Part shown: one piece after another, positions 51,101-64,000 of the stretch | Numbering within the stretch: position 1 is the first letter of the stretch | Layout: each line of letters starts with the position of its first letter | From: Takakia lepidozioides | Lineage: Eukaryota > Plantae > Bryophyta | NCBI GenBank assembly: GCA_030704615.1 | Contig: CM060731.1 | Span: 15,252,001 to 15,316,000, forward strand | Reading direction: 5' to 3' | Length of the DNA: 64,000 bases | Notes under the pieces: generated by a model | What the model saw: only the letters and a program-made list of their open reading frames with translations | What the model was told of the DNA's origin: nothing | Databases searched by the model: none | Made by a program: the position numbers and the translations under genes

Positions 51101-51666
51101 TCTTACTTTTCATCCAACCAGCTGTCCCAAGGCGCTCTTATCCCTTTGAGGCCCAAAAATCCCCTTCAATTGAATTTCTTGTGGCCACGGGAGCTCGAAA
51201 ACTTCATAAATGGTGATTTGTTGCAAATCCTCTCCAAAAATCTTGAAACTTGGCCACAAATGCCCTTGGGGTATGCTTGAAATACCCACCAAACTTCAGC
51301 TCTATGTGGTTCCATCATCAACCATGGAAAATCAACAAACGCCAATTGCACGTGAAAACGTCTGTTTTCAACGCGTAACATATTTTTTGGTTGTGAACAG
51401 ATCGACGCTTGGGGCTGAAATTCCTTTCACATCATCTTGTATCATTTTTAACCACGCAAAAAAAAACCCTCCCCAAACAGCGCTCGATTTCGGCTTCGTC
51501 CTGTTCGCTGAAAATACTTTGCACAGCAAAATCCCAGTCGGCCGCCACCGCTCGATAAAACCTCTTTAGGATTTTTGATAGAAGACCAAGACATCTTGGA
51601 AGCTTCTTAAATTGATTTCACACACAAAAACATAATTGTCCTCCTGGGAAAAAGAATACACTACCG

Positions 51667-51783
51667 CACCACCGTTCCTTGCATCTTATGGCTCGTCGGG
51701 GCTCGTCCTTGTTCTTTATGCAGAGTTCGCTGGGCCCACCACCGTTTCTTGCACCTTATGGCTCGTCGGGGCTCGTCCTTGTT
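51667..51783. repeat. 47-bp direct repeat, two copies 70 bp apart
   Basis: caccaccgtt(c/t)cttgca(t/c)cttatggctcgtcggggctcgtccttgtt at 51667-51713 and 51737-51783. Confidence 0.85.
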
Positions 51784-52299
51784 ACAACATGTCGCTACCG
51801 CACCACTAGCTCCCACCACCGTAGCTTGCACCCTGCACGTTGGCCCACCACTCTTGCTTGTCGTTATACAAAGCTCTAGAAGAAGTTTCCAGATCGCAAG
51901 AACTTCTCAAATTTTCCAGGGGCCACCGCCCCGTCGTTTTTTCTTGAAGTGTCTCTACGCAATGATCTACACATGCCCTCAGTTTGCAGTTTGCCGTACT
52001 GTAGTGTCTGTTTGCATGAATGAACTAAAACACAAGGGAACTCATGTTTGATCCATGTCACTGACATATCCGAGCATGAAAATAAAATCGTAACCATGAG
52101 CATGTGTGCGTCACGCCTGTAGCGTCCTCATGAAACTGCATTGGAGCCCCGGTTATCAGCGTCACGTCCGTCCGTCAGCATCAGGTCACGTCAGACCTGA
52201 CGTTGACGGGACCTCCGTCACGTCAGGTTTGGGAAATATTCTGGTAAAAATAGTACCGGGTAAAATACTGTCGCGTAAGCAGCCACGTCGTCGACATGG

Positions 52300-53370
52300 T
52301 GGCGGTGGCAAATACATTTTGAAAATTAACAAAATGAACGCGACTGCCAATTATGGCGGTCGCTTTGTTTTTCAAAATTAAAAAAGAAATAGCGACCGCC
52401 ATATTGGCAGTCGCTTCAAATTTATTTTTTTTAAAAGCAAGATTGGCGGTCGCACTGGCGGTCGCTTTATTTTTCGAAATAGAAAAAGAAATAGCGACCG
52501 CCATATTGGCGGTCGCTTTTATTTTTATTTTTTTTAAAGCAAGATTGACAGTCGCACTGGCTGTCGCTTTATTTTTTGAATTAAAAAAACAAATAGCGAC
52601 CGCTATGTTGGCGGTTGCTTCAATTTATTTCTTTAAAAAAACAAGATTGGCGGTCGCATTGGCGGTCGCATTGGCGGTCGCCTAATTTAAAAAAGAAAAC
52701 AAGCGACTGCTGTATTGGCGATCGCACAATTTTGTAAATATGTACAGAACAAGCGACCGTCATATGGCGGTCGAATAATTTTAAAAATATTAAAAAAAAA
52801 ACAGCGACCGCCATTGGGCGGTCGCTTAATTTAATAAATAAATAAACGACCGCCATATGGCGGTCAGTAAATTTAAAATTATATTAAAAAAACAAGCAAC
52901 ATATGAAAATAAAAGCGACCGCCACAGCGGTGGTCGCTTGTTTTAAAACAATACAATGTTCACAACCACCAAACCGGCGGTCGCGTCAATTTTAAAATAT
53001 ATATTAAGTTTAAGCGACCGCCAGCCTAGAGGTCGCTTAAACTTGAAAATATAAAGATTAAAAGTCGTCTTACTGGCGGTCGTGTTTTTTTTTTAATATT
53101 AAAAATAAAAGCGACCACCATATTGGCGGTCGCTTTATTTTAAATATATTAACAAATGAAGCGACTACCATACCGGCAATCGCATTATATTTTGAAATAA
53201 AAAACAATAGCGACTGCCATACGGGCGGTCGTTTAAATTTAAAAATATACAAAATAGAAGTGACTGCAATATTACACAAAATGAAAGGAAATAAAAGCGA
53301 CCGCAGTAGTGGCGGTCGCTTGTTTTTCATAAAATTAAAAAATAGCGACCGTAGTATTAGCGGTCGTTTA
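52300..53370. repeat. hAT left subterminal repeat array
   Basis: Dozens of gcgaccgcc-N(2-6)-ggcggtcgc palindromic units in AT-rich spacers. Confidence 0.88.
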
Positions 53371-53799
53371 ATTTCAAAATTACAACAAATATGGTTGTAC
53401 AGCATTTTTCGGGTGGGCGCTATTGGTTCGTCATTTATTCATTTCACTTTCATCCTTCTTGGATCATATATAAGGGAGGAGGGTCACCAAGCTCCTCACT
53501 TCTTTTGGCGCAAATACTTGAGGTTGCTTTGGATATTCTCTTCCATTGAACGAGAGTGTAGCCCAAGAGGAGGGTGCGCACCTTTTGCCGTTGTGGCTTT
53601 CACCAAAGTCACTTCAGCAGATTGTGTATAAGCTCTACAAGGGCTCAACACTACAACCCACATCGACCCACTTGGGTTGCTGACAGATGTAGAAGTGTTG
53701 GGCTATCGCATTGCACTCTACATTCACAACACGTTCATTTATAGGTGACTGTTTTTTGTTGTTTACATTGCTAGGTCCCAGAGGAGTGGATATTGGAGA

Positions 53800-55104
53800 T
53801 GAGGGAGGAATGGAGCCTTTCGTATACGGCAATCCCAAACACTGTCAGTGTCACTGATAGTATTTAGTGCAACCTATGTGGATTAAAGCTTTCTTATCGT
53901 AAGGATCGGTTGCTCGCTCACCTGGGCTATAAAGGTGTGAAGAGCATTGGGGTGGGTTTATGCTCTAAAGAATCTATGCAGGTAAAAAACCACTTTGCCC
54001 AGTGTGGAGGCAATATTCCAATGTCTTTGGATCTGGACATGACCTCTGAGCAGAACACTTCATCTTCCCCGTCAGGATGCCCCGATTAGTACCCAGGGCG
54101 ACTCTTGTGAGGTTTCGGGTGTTCTTGGATAAGTGGGTTGTGCCGAAGCAACACCTGCTTCAATACCTCTTTGTACCCCTACACTTCAACGGAGTAGAGG
54201 ATTACGACAGCGATCCATGCATGAAGGTCTTAACTTGTCTGCGAAAAGACAGTTGGATAAAAAATATGCGCAGTTTTTTTTCGAGGCCAGCATATCATTT
54301 AATGTGGCAAGGCTTCCGGCATTTGTTTCTGCCGTTAGAGCAACCTCGGAGTCCAGATCCACGTACGTGCCTCCGACTTATCACAATCTCCGCACAGGAT
54401 TGCTAGAAGACGCCATGACCCAGCTTACCCAAAAGATCAACGATAGGACGGGCGAATGCATCAGAAAATATGGAAGCACTATATATGCCGATGGTTGGAG
54501 TTCTGTTACAAACAGACCGTTATTCAATGTCATGCTCGTATGTCCAGCTGGGGAACAATTCTTGGGATCGGTCGACACTAGCGACGAGAAGAAAGATGGA
54601 CGTTATCAATGTCAACTATTGACAGACTTTATTGAACAGGTCGGAAGTGATAGAATCGTGCAAATATGCACAGACAATGCCGCTAACATGAGAAACACTG
54701 CAGACATGTTGTTGGCACGTTATCCCCATATGTACTATCAAGGTTGTGCTGCTCATATCCTTGACCTCATTTTGAAAGATTGGGGAAAAGAACAGTGGGT
54801 GAAACAACTTGTCAAGCGAGCGAAGACTGTTGTGTCGTTCATCCGCACACACCACATCCATTTGACAATATACAGGAGGCACGAACAAATACAGCCTCCG
54901 CAATCAAGGCGAAATTCGTTTTGCCACTAACTTCTTGATGGTGGATCGGTTGGTGATGGTGAAGAGTAGTCTGGAGCACACCATCATCAATCCTCAATGG
55001 GATGCGTACACACGGACATTGCGGGACTCCAGAAAAGCCAAGTCATTGGGCAAAAGTCGAAAAGTTTGAAATAGCATTCGCAGCGATGATTTCTGGAAGA
55101 AATG
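53800..55104 (+). pseudogene. hAT transposase, N-terminal part
   Basis: BED finger CNLCG...DRLLAHLG...LC; FFEASISFNVA; STIYADGWSSVTNRPLFNVM; IVQICTDNAANM; CAAHILDLILKD; TRF motif frameshifted; stops present. Confidence 0.9.
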
Positions 55105-55772
55105 TGTTAGGTGCCAGGAACGAAGATCGATCTGTCAACCAGTTTGGAATAACAAAAGACTGCTAGAATATCGCCGAACTGACAGTTGCAGGTAAAATGG
55201 AGCAGGCTCGCGTGCATGAAGAGATCCAGGACTGGGGATTTAATGATGTGTGCATGGAGATGGCAAGATGGTTGGAAAAGGGATGATGGCGTACAGGCGC
55301 CTGGAGCAGATCTGGATGCGCGTGAAAGCTGATTTGTAGCACGGCGTGGTGGTTGGGTGGACCGGATGCTATAGCCGGTGCTATGCTTTTAGAGTGTAGG
55401 TTGATGTTGGAATAGACGTCACTGGCCTTTGATGCCTTGCAACGGCAGGGACTGTGATTTCTATTTTGTATAGAGCGATGGTGTAAACCCTGTGAATAGC
55501 TTGGAACAAAAAAGGTTCGCTTTAAGACTTGTGAATATGCTTTCGTGAAGAACAGGGGTGAACGATCGTGGAGTGGGGTGATCTCTATTATGATCTGAGT
55601 CAATGAACAGTGACTGGAATAAAAGAAAATGGTCACATGAGTCCATATTGACGTTGATTTAAGCAAGCAATTTTCTTGGGATCCTGATAGATTCCCTATG
55701 AACGGCAAGATAAGAAAAGGGCCTGAATTTGTTTTGTAGTTAGACTGAGGAAAGAGAGTTAGATCCTTTTCA
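55105..55772 (+). repeat. 5' LTR
   Basis: tgttaggtgcc...gatccttttca. About 23 substitutions versus the 3' LTR by manual count. Confidence 0.96.
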
Positions 55773-55774
55773 AG

Positions 55775-55787
55775 TGGTATCAGAGCC
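55775..55787 (+). promoter_or_regulatory. Primer binding site (tRNA-iMet)
   Basis: tggtatcagagcc, 2 nt after the 5' LTR. Confidence 0.93.
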
Positions 55788-55851
55788 GTTTTGCGATCGG
55801 GGAGAACAGATTGTGAATTTCGGAATTTCCAGAAGTAGGGTAATCGTGTGA

Positions 55852-58800
55852 ATGAGCCAGATCTCGTTCGGCTCTGTGAGCACACACCCCGGTGACGACG
55901 ATCAGGATAGTGAAATGGCGGGAGACCGTGAGCGCTCAGATGCGGCCAGTCTGCACCGAGCTTCAGATCGCGAACATGGAAGTCAGTTGTTTTCCCAGAA
56001 ACAGATGGAGGCCTTAGGTACTTTGATTCGATCTGAGATACAAAAATTGGCCCCTGCACAAACTCAAACTGAAAAGCAATCTAGGGAGCTACCTATGAGT
56101 GAGCCACTGAATGAGGGCGAATCTGAGGCCGACTCCCATGAGGCCAAATGAAAAGAAGCAAGGATGTCACCAGGGAAATCAGAAGATTGGTGAAATTGCC
56201 AGAATTTTATGGTAAACCATCTGTCAAGCCCGAGGAAATACTGTCTTTCCTGGATACATTAGAAGAGTTCTTTGAGGACGATTATTCAGAGGAAGCCAAG
56301 ATACAGACAGCTGCTCTACAGCTCCGTGATGCCGCCAAGCTATGGTGGTCGCGCCAGAAGCAGGAACGCCGTGAACACAAGAAACCACATGTGGATAGTT
56401 GGGCTATGTTTAAGACACTGTTCTTAGCCCACTACCTACCTGGCGACTATGCACACAAGATGAAAGTTGAATTGTTCAGGCTGAAACAGGAGACTATGAG
56501 CGTGGGAGAGTTTAAGACGAGATTTGAAACCCATGCCAGTTATTTCCCCTCGTTGAGTGAAGAGGACAGAGTTGATTTTTTTGTTGATGGCCTCAGTGAT
56601 TCTCTCAAATTTAAGGTCAAAGCCCACAACCCTCATACCGAGGCAGAAGCATATCGTTTGGCTTGTAATTTTGAGAACGAAGTGAGGGCACAACGTTCTT
56701 CGAATTTTGCTCGTGGCACGGCAGAGTTCAAGCCTAGATCATCTGGTCCTTGGCAGTCACCAGCGAAGAGAGGGAATTGGAAGAGATTTAAACCGTTTAA
56801 GAAGGTGGGGGATCAAGCTACACGGAGACCGCCCATGAGGGCTCCTCCAAGGCTCAGTTTCAAAGAGCAGGAAGAACACAGGCGTAAGGGTTTGTGTTTC
56901 TTGTGCCATGAACCCGGACACAGAGCTGCTGAGTGTATGAAGTACCCAAATTATCGTCAGGCTCGACAGACAACCGCCTTGACAGTTGAAGAACCTGCAG
57001 AACCTTGTGCGGTTGTTGAAACTGGGGAGAAGTCAGGACAAGAAAAAGGGAAAGGTCGTAATGTGCGGGTTTCTGCAACTATCATTGGAGACCAAATAGA
57101 GCATGACCCCAGTGTGATACGGGTTCAGGGGAGAGTGGCTGGAATTCCCACTCAAGTGTTGATTGATACAGGCATCACTCATAACTTGTTGTCAAAGGAT
57201 TTTGCTGACAAGTTGGGACTAGTTCAAGAAGACATGCAACCCTGTCAAATCCTGTTACCAGATGGTGGCGTGGATTCTACGCACAAACACATCCCAAAGG
57301 TACTGATGGTCATGCAAGGAGTACAAACTATGGCTGACTTCGAGGTCTGGGAGGGAGCTCGGTACGACTACATCCTTGGCATGCGGTGGCTGGATCCGGT
57401 TGATGCTGTGGTGGCTTGCAAATCCGGACTGGTTAGTGGTACCTTGCCCAACGGGAAGGGTTTCAAAATCAAAGGTACTAGAGCTCTTCCCAATGTACCT
57501 GTCTTGTCAGCTATTCAGATGAAGAGATGTATGCGGAGGGGAAATGCTCAGTTTTTTACTGTTAGCTTGCATGAGGTCTTGGAAACAAATCAGGGAGAAG
57601 GGAAGTCGCATCCCAGACTTGGCCTAATCCTGAATGAATATAAAGATATGTTTCCTGATGAGATCCCTGGGATGCCCCCTGAACGGGAGGTTGATCATGC
57701 TATCGAGTTGATGTCAGATGCTGTACCGGTTGCAAGGGCACCGTACAGGCATTCAATTGCAGAAAGTGAAGAGTTAGAAAGGCAGTTGAATGACCTGTTG
57801 GAAAAGGGGTATATACGTCCAAGTAAATCCCCTTAGGGTGCCCCTGTAATGTTTAAGAAGAAGAAAGACGGGACTTTGAGACTGTGTGTGGACTATAGAT
57901 GGTTGAATAAGGTCACCATCAAGAATAAGTTTCCTTTGCCTCGTGTGGACGATTTGTTTGACTATCTATATGGGAGTCAGGTTTTTTCAAAACTTGATCT
58001 TCGATCTGGATATCATCAGATACGGATCAAAAATTCTGACATACCAAAGACAGGATTTCGATCTCGTTTTGGTCATTACGAATTCTTGGTGATGCCATTT
58101 GGGCTCACGAATGCTCCAACAACATTTACTCATCTGATGAATTCTCTGTTCCAAAAATATTTGGGGAAGATGGTCCTAGTCTACATGGATGATATACTAA
58201 TATACTCTAAGTCTGAAGAAGAACATGAACAGCATTTACGCTTGGTCTTAGACATACTGAGAGAGAACCATCTGTTTGCTAAGAGAAGCAAGTGTGAGTT
58301 CTTTGTAGACCACATGGATTACTTGGGATTTTGCATCTCCAAAGATGGAATCTCAATTGATCCTAAGAAAGTCCAGACCGTGGTTGAATGGCCTAAACCA
58401 AGTGATAAGACTGAGGTCAGGAGCTTTATTGGGTTTGCTAGCTTCCTACGGAAGTTTGTCAAATCTTTTTCACAGATTGCAGCCCCATTGACTGACCTGC
58501 TTAAGGACTCGAGTCCTGTAAGCTTGAGGGACATCTGGACAAGAGAATGTGATAACAGTTTCGAGAAATTGAAGTATGCCTTGACACATGCTCATGTACT
58601 AAGATTGCTCGACCTTGCGAAGGGAGCAATCGTACTGTGTACCGATGCAAGTGATCTTGCTATTGGGGCTGTGTTGATGCAAGATGGGCAAGTGATTGCC
58701 TACGAATCTCGAAAGATCAGTCCAGCAAAAAAGAATTACCCAACTCATGAAAAAGAACTGTTGGCAATAGTTCATGCTTTGAAGATATGGAGGCATTACC

Positions 58801-60490
58801 TGCTTCCAGTTGATTTTGTGATAGAGACTGACCATCAGAGTTTGAAATACTTGGACCACACAACCTCATTTGAGTCAGAGGCAGATTAGGTGGTCAGAAC
58901 TGCTTCAGCAGTTCCATTATGACCTAAAGTATATCAAGGGGAGAGAGAATGTGATTGCTGATGCACTTTCTAGGAGACCATTACAAGCTAATGTTGTCTC
59001 ATGCGTCAGTAGCACTATAATTCAAGACATTAAAGGTCAGTATGAGGTCGATGAATTCTTCAAAGAGCCATTCAAGAGTTTGTCTCGTGACCAAAGAACT
59101 TCTATTGAGAAAGAGAAGTACCGGCCATACCTCTTGAGAGATGGGGTGTTATTTTATGATGGTCGGCTGTGTGTTCCCCTGATTCCAGACTTGAGATTGC
59201 GGATTATTCATGACAGTCACAATATTCCAATCTCTGGACACCCGGGCTTTCAAAAAACCTATTGGTCAATACAGAAGCACTATTTTTGGCCAGGTATGAA
59301 GAGAGAAATTAAAGAGTATGTGCAGAAATGTTTCCCATGTCAGGTTTCGAAGTCAGAGAGAGTCAGACCTCCTGGATTATTACAACATTTATCTGTTTCT
59401 GGATGGAATTGGGAATCCATTAGCATGGATTCATTGTGGCATTGCCCAGGACCAGAAATGGCCATGACAGTATCATGGTGGTTGTAGATAGGCTGTCTAA
59501 GATAGCCCACTTGATACCTACAAGGATGAGTGCTACGGCATCTGATGTTGCATCCTTGTACATGAAAGAGATATTCAGGATCCATGGTCTGCCTCGGGAG
59601 ATTATTTGTGATAGGGACTCAAAGTTTACAAGTCATTTTTGGATTGACTTGTTCAAGAAATTGGGAACCAAGGTAAAACTGAGTACGGCCTTTCACCCAG
59701 AAATAGATGCTCAAACAGAAAGGACCAACCGTACAATAGAAGATATGTTGAGGATGTACGTTGGTGAAAGACAGTCCTCTTGGGAACAATATCTGTATAT
59801 GGTGGAATTTGCTTATAACAAGCATTTCCATAGTGCCATTGGCATGAGCCCATTTGAAGCTTTATATGGACGAGATTGCTTGGCTCCTGCTTCGCTTATT
59901 ACACCACCATCAAATGTGCAGAGTGTGAATGACAGAATCAAAGAGATCCACTCTGTCCTAGATCTGGCGAAGCGTAGTATGTAGGCTGCACAAGAACGGG
60001 CCAAGTTCTTTGCTGATAAGCACAGGACTTTTCGTGAATTTGCCATTGGTGATATGGTATTTTTGAAAGTTACACCTAAAATAAGCAATCTAACACTGGG
60101 CAAGTGTTATAAGTTGTCACCAAGGTTTTGTGGCCCGTTTAAAATCCTGGAACGCCATGGCACAGTGGCCTATGAGTTGGATCTACCTCCAACATGGAAG
60201 ATCCATAAAACTTTCTATGTCAGCCTTCTCCGGAGGTATATGTCAGACCCATCACACATCTTGCCGACGTTGCCTCAAGCCATGAATGATGGTCAACTGA
60301 TGGCTGAACCCGAAAAGATTCTAGAAACGCGAGTGAAGCACCTGCGCAACCGTTCTTGGAAAGAACATTTGATTAAGTGGTTGCATTACCCAGAGACAGA
60401 AGCTACTTGGGAGAAGGAAAATGAATTGACATTGAGTTACCCCTCATTTTCTGTCATTGAGGACAATGACCTGTCTTTGGGAGGGGGAAT
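55852..60490 (+). pseudogene. gag-pol polyprotein (gag, CCHC, protease, RT, RNase H, integrase, chromodomain) with stops and frameshifts
   Basis: CFLCHEPGHRAAEC; VLIDTG; [16 protein letters not shown]; [15 protein letters not shown]; GHPGFQKT..CFPC; RIHGLPREIICDRD; KLSPRFCGPFKIL; PEKILE..HLIKWLHYPETEATWE. Stops at 57834-57836 and 59982-59984. Frameshifts near 56150, 58865 and 59435. Confidence 0.95.
60477..60489 (+). promoter_or_regulatory. Polypurine tract
   Basis: gggagggggaa immediately before the 3' LTR. Confidence 0.85.
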
Positions 60491-60491
60491 T

Positions 60492-61159
60492 TGTTAGGTG
60501 CCAGGAACGAAGATCGACCTGTCAACCAGTTTGGAATAACAAAAGACTGCTAGAATATCGCCGAACTGACAGTTGCAGGTAAAATGGAGCAGGCTCGCGT
60601 GCATGAAGAGATCCATGACTAGGGATTTAATGATGTGTGCGTGGAGATGGCAAGATGGTTGGAGAAGGGATGATGGCGTACAAGCGCCTGGAGCAAATCT
60701 GGATGCGCGTGAAAGCTGATTTGTAGCACGGCGTGGTGGCTGGGTGAACCAGATGCTATAGCCGGTGCTGTGCTTTTAGAGTGTAGGTTGATGTTGGAAT
60801 AGACGTCACTGGCCTTTGATACCTTGCAGCGGCAGTGACTGTGATTTCTCTTTTGTATAGAGTGATGGTGTAAACCCTGTGAATAGCTTGGAACAAGAAA
60901 GGTTCGCTTTAAGACTTGTGAATATGCTTTCGTGAAGAACAGGGGTGAACGATCGTGGAGTGGGGTGATCTCTATTACGATCTGAGTCAATGAACAGTGA
61001 CTGGAATAAAAAAAAATGGTCACATGAGTCCATATTGACGTTGATTTAAGCAAGCAATTTTCTTGGGATCCTGATAGATTCCCTATGAACAGCAAGATAA
61101 GAAAAGGGCCTGAATTTGTTCTGTAGTTGGACTGAGGAAAGAGAGTCAGATCCTTTTCA
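60492..61159 (+). repeat. 3' LTR
   Basis: 668-bp copy of 55105-55772, followed by TSD aaatg. Confidence 0.96.
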
Positions 61160-61164
61160 AAATG

Positions 61165-62803
61165 TGAAAACTTTGTTTATATAGTAGAGCCGGTATTAAT
61201 CGTCTTGCGGGAGTTTGATGGAAAACAACCAGTAATGGGCAAGGCATGGTTACTAATGCAAAATCTTGAGAAACACGTCCAATCCTTGAGGCATCATCTC
61301 TTCTCCTTGGAACCTAAACTTGCGGACAATGCTGAGGATGCATTTTACGACTATCGTTCGATGGTTCGAACGGACTTATATTATACGGGGGCTTTGCTCA
61401 ATCCATTCTTGCTCGACCATACCATGCTCCGAGACGACGCTGATGCCAAGGCCGGCCTTGGGTGAGTGCTCATGCGACTGGCTCCGCCGAACCATGCAAA
61501 GAGAGCTATATCTGAGTACCAATGCTTCTTAGATCGCCGCGACCCTTTTGAGGATATGCCGGATCCAAAAGAGCTCAATATGTTGCCCATGAATGGTGGG
61601 ATCTGATTGGAGCTGGAGCAAAAACATTGGCTCCCATTGCGAAGCGTATTCTTGCTCAAGTGTGCTCTGCCTCATCTTGCGAATGCAATTAGAGCAGTAA
61701 CTCATTTGTTCACAACAAGATTCGCAACAGGTTGAATCCCGTGAGGGCTGACAAATTGATATATGTGTATACCAATTGTCGACTGCTACGTGAGAGGGCA
61801 GCGGATGATGCTGCAGCATGGTATGAGAGGAATTTGCATTCTGAATACTTTATTTCTGAGGTTGATTCGATGAGAGCCTCAGAAAGAATCATCTCAGAGG
61901 GAATCATCTGCCTCCGATAGTGAAGATGGATCCGATGATGCTCCCGAAAATGCGGATGACCCGTTTACATTCACAGGGGAGGATGCTTATATCCAGCCGA
62001 TCTTTGATGACCTTCTTAAATAAATGTGTATCACAGATGAAGATGAAGCTGCAATTGTGTCATCCCCAGAACATGGTCCTCAAAATGAAGTTGGGGTCGA
62101 CCCTCGCCCCCCACTACACACTGAAGCCACCGGTAGTGCCCCAATGGAGCTTAGGGGTGATGTACTTCCAGGACCGATCGACATACGCAACCCTGTTTAT
62201 ACAAACGATGGTGTCGAACCCATTGTATAGTCGACGGGACGGGATCATGCCTCACCGATACGACCAGCTCCACCACAATGTCAAAACCGATCCAGCTCCC
62301 CATCAACACAGCGGGCATTAAGGAGCAATAGGCTTGATCTGTTTTCCACACGTACGCATCATTCTGTTGCATTGGATCGGGCGGAAGTTGAAGCCTCGGA
62401 TGATGACAATCTGTCACTACAATTCCACCTTAACTGACGTGTTGTGCAGCAGACCCGTGGTTCCTCACATGCTGGACCATCTAATGCCGGTCCATCTCGG
62501 GCAAACCCCCCTCCGATACCTCCTTCGAGACCATCTTCGATTGCGTCCCAAGTCCATAAACGACAGAGAATAGTCCAACCTTTTGTAGGCGATCGGCCCA
62601 CAAACAGGCCAGATACCATGGATGGTATTCAAGACCGGAGTGGGAGTCGACCTCAAAGAGAACTAAATGTGATTCAAGGTCGCTTGCAGATTCAAAGACC
62701 TGGACATATGAGGTCGGATAGGGAGGACGATTCCAGCATTGATCATGGCAATGGTGGTGAAGTCGAGGGTGACCCTGATTTTCAACCCATCGGAGCATTA
62801 TGA
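61165..62803 (+). pseudogene. hAT transposase, C-terminal part (hATC dimerisation domain plus low-complexity tail)
   Basis: Removing the LTR element and one TSD restores FWKKCENFVYIVEPVLIVLREFDGKQPVMG. Then GALLNP, HEWWDLIG, AKRILAQVCSASSCE and KIRNRLNPVRADKLIYVYTN. Confidence 0.88.
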
Positions 62804-63109
62804 TTAGGATTTTCTTCGTCCCGCCGTCGAAGCAGTAGAAGGAATTGAAGTAAAACAGTTGTAGGCATACATCAGCACATTTTAGTGGACATGTTTATAT
62901 TTCTGTAGTGAAGTAATACCAGTGTAATCATTGTCACTATGAGTATTTGTATTGTTGTTGTGTATGTGTTGAAAAATAAAAGATGTTGCCCATGTGTATA
63001 CCAGCCAAAATGTCGGCCAAAGGCACCGTCACTTGTGTTCGCTGATTTGCTTGTGGAATTGATAACAATTGTGTCATGCTTCCAACTGTGCATTCATTTT
63101 TATTTAAAT

Positions 63110-64000
63110 GGAGCGATCGCCAAGGTGGCGGTCATTTCTACGAGGTTTGCCCTACGCGTGGAGCGAAGAATGAGGGGGCGTCATATTACATGGCGGTCGC
63201 TTTTATTTTATTTTATTTTGGAAAATGAAGCGACCGCCATTACTGGCGGTCGCTTTTATTTTGAATTATTTTGGAAATGAAGCGACCGCCGTTACTGGCG
63301 GTCGTTTTTTTGTTTTTTGGAGGAAAATGGAGCGACCGCCATTAGGGGCGGTCGCCGCTTTTGTTGTTTTTTGTAATTGCAGCAATGGCGGTTGCTTTTA
63401 TTTAAATTTGGTTGGAAATGGAGGAACCGCCATTTGTGGCGGTCGCTTTTATTTTCATTGTTTTGAAAATGAAAATGGAGCGACCGCCAAGGTGGCGGTC
63501 ACTTCTACGAAGTGTGCCCTGCGCATGGAGCGAGGAGTGAGGCGGGGGGAGGGGGGCATATAAGCGACTCATTCTCCATTACAGGCGGTCGCTTGAATTT
63601 ATTTTTGTTTTTATAAATGCAGCGACTGCCATTATTGGGGGTCGCTATAATTGTTATTTTTTTAAAATGCAGCGACCGCCATTACTGGCGGTTTTTTTTT
63701 TTTTTTTTTTTTTGGCGAAATGGAGCGACCGCCATTTGTGGCGGTCATTTTTTTTTGTTTTTAAATGGAGCGACTGCCAAGGTGGCGGTCGCTTCTACGA
63801 GGTCTGCCTTGCGTGTGCAGCGAGGAATGGGGGGGGGGCATATAAGCTCCTCCCCTCACTTCCATTACTGGCACTTTTTGTTTTTACAAAATGCAGCAAC
63901 CGCCATTACTGACGTTCGCTTTTATTTTTTTATTTTTGGAAATGAGGCGACCGCCATTACTGGCATGGGTCGTTTTTATTTTAATTATTTTGGAAATGAA
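63110..64000. repeat. hAT right subterminal repeat array
   Basis: Same gcgaccgcc/ggcggtcgc units as the left array; continues past the window end. Confidence 0.88.

Larger units (their letters stand above)
55105..61159 (+). mobile_element. Full-length Ty3/gypsy chromovirus LTR retrotransposon, inactivated
   Basis: 668-bp TG...CA LTRs, 5-bp TSD aaatg (55100-55104 and 61160-61164), tRNA-iMet PBS, PPT, and gag-PR-RT-RH-IN-chromodomain order. Confidence 0.97.
52224..64000 (+). mobile_element. hAT DNA transposon (decayed), interrupted by an LTR retrotransposon; right end lies beyond the window
   Basis: Long gcgaccgcc/ggcggtcgc subterminal arrays on both sides of a BED + DUF659 + hATC transposase. 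The left terminus (caggtttggg at 52224) is tentative. Confidence 0.85.

Noticed and set aside
52300-53370. Regularly spaced palindromic repeats resembling a CRISPR array
   Set aside because: The spacers are low-complexity AT runs, there are no cas genes, and a mirror array lies on the other side of a hAT transposase. These are subterminal repeats.
56148-56151. ATGA stop/start overlap in gag, suggesting programmed reinitiation
   Set aside because: The element has several other disabling indels, so a random frameshift is the simpler explanation.

Overview
Eukaryotic nuclear DNA, most likely from a non-seed land plant. The evidence is an intact IFT38/CLUAP1 flagellar gene (implying motile sperm), plant-type PLS-DYW PPR, BAHD and RING genes, and spliceosomal introns. 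Four genes look intact: CLUAP1, an ADCK1-like ABC1 kinase (12 exons), an RF298/RF4-like RING E3 ligase and a long coiled-coil protein. There is also a tRNA-Thr/tRNA-Ser pair only 5 nt apart. Decayed genes include a PPR-DYW pseudogene carrying OSB-type PDF (WWDNR...PDF) ssDNA-binding motifs, a second relic of that architecture near 44.1 kb, a BAHD acyltransferase and a Nup98-GLEBS-motif gene. Mobile DNA includes a piggyBac fragment, two MITEs, an L1 relic, a gag relic, and a hAT element split by a full-length chromodomain Ty3/gypsy LTR element. About 11 3' ends of a (TC)n-targeting RTEX-like LINE are stacked inside the ABC1 kinase introns. The best leads are the PPR-PDF-DYW architecture, the polarised age-ordered LINE stack and the probable dicistronic tRNA. 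All family assignments come from motif recognition by eye, not database searches.
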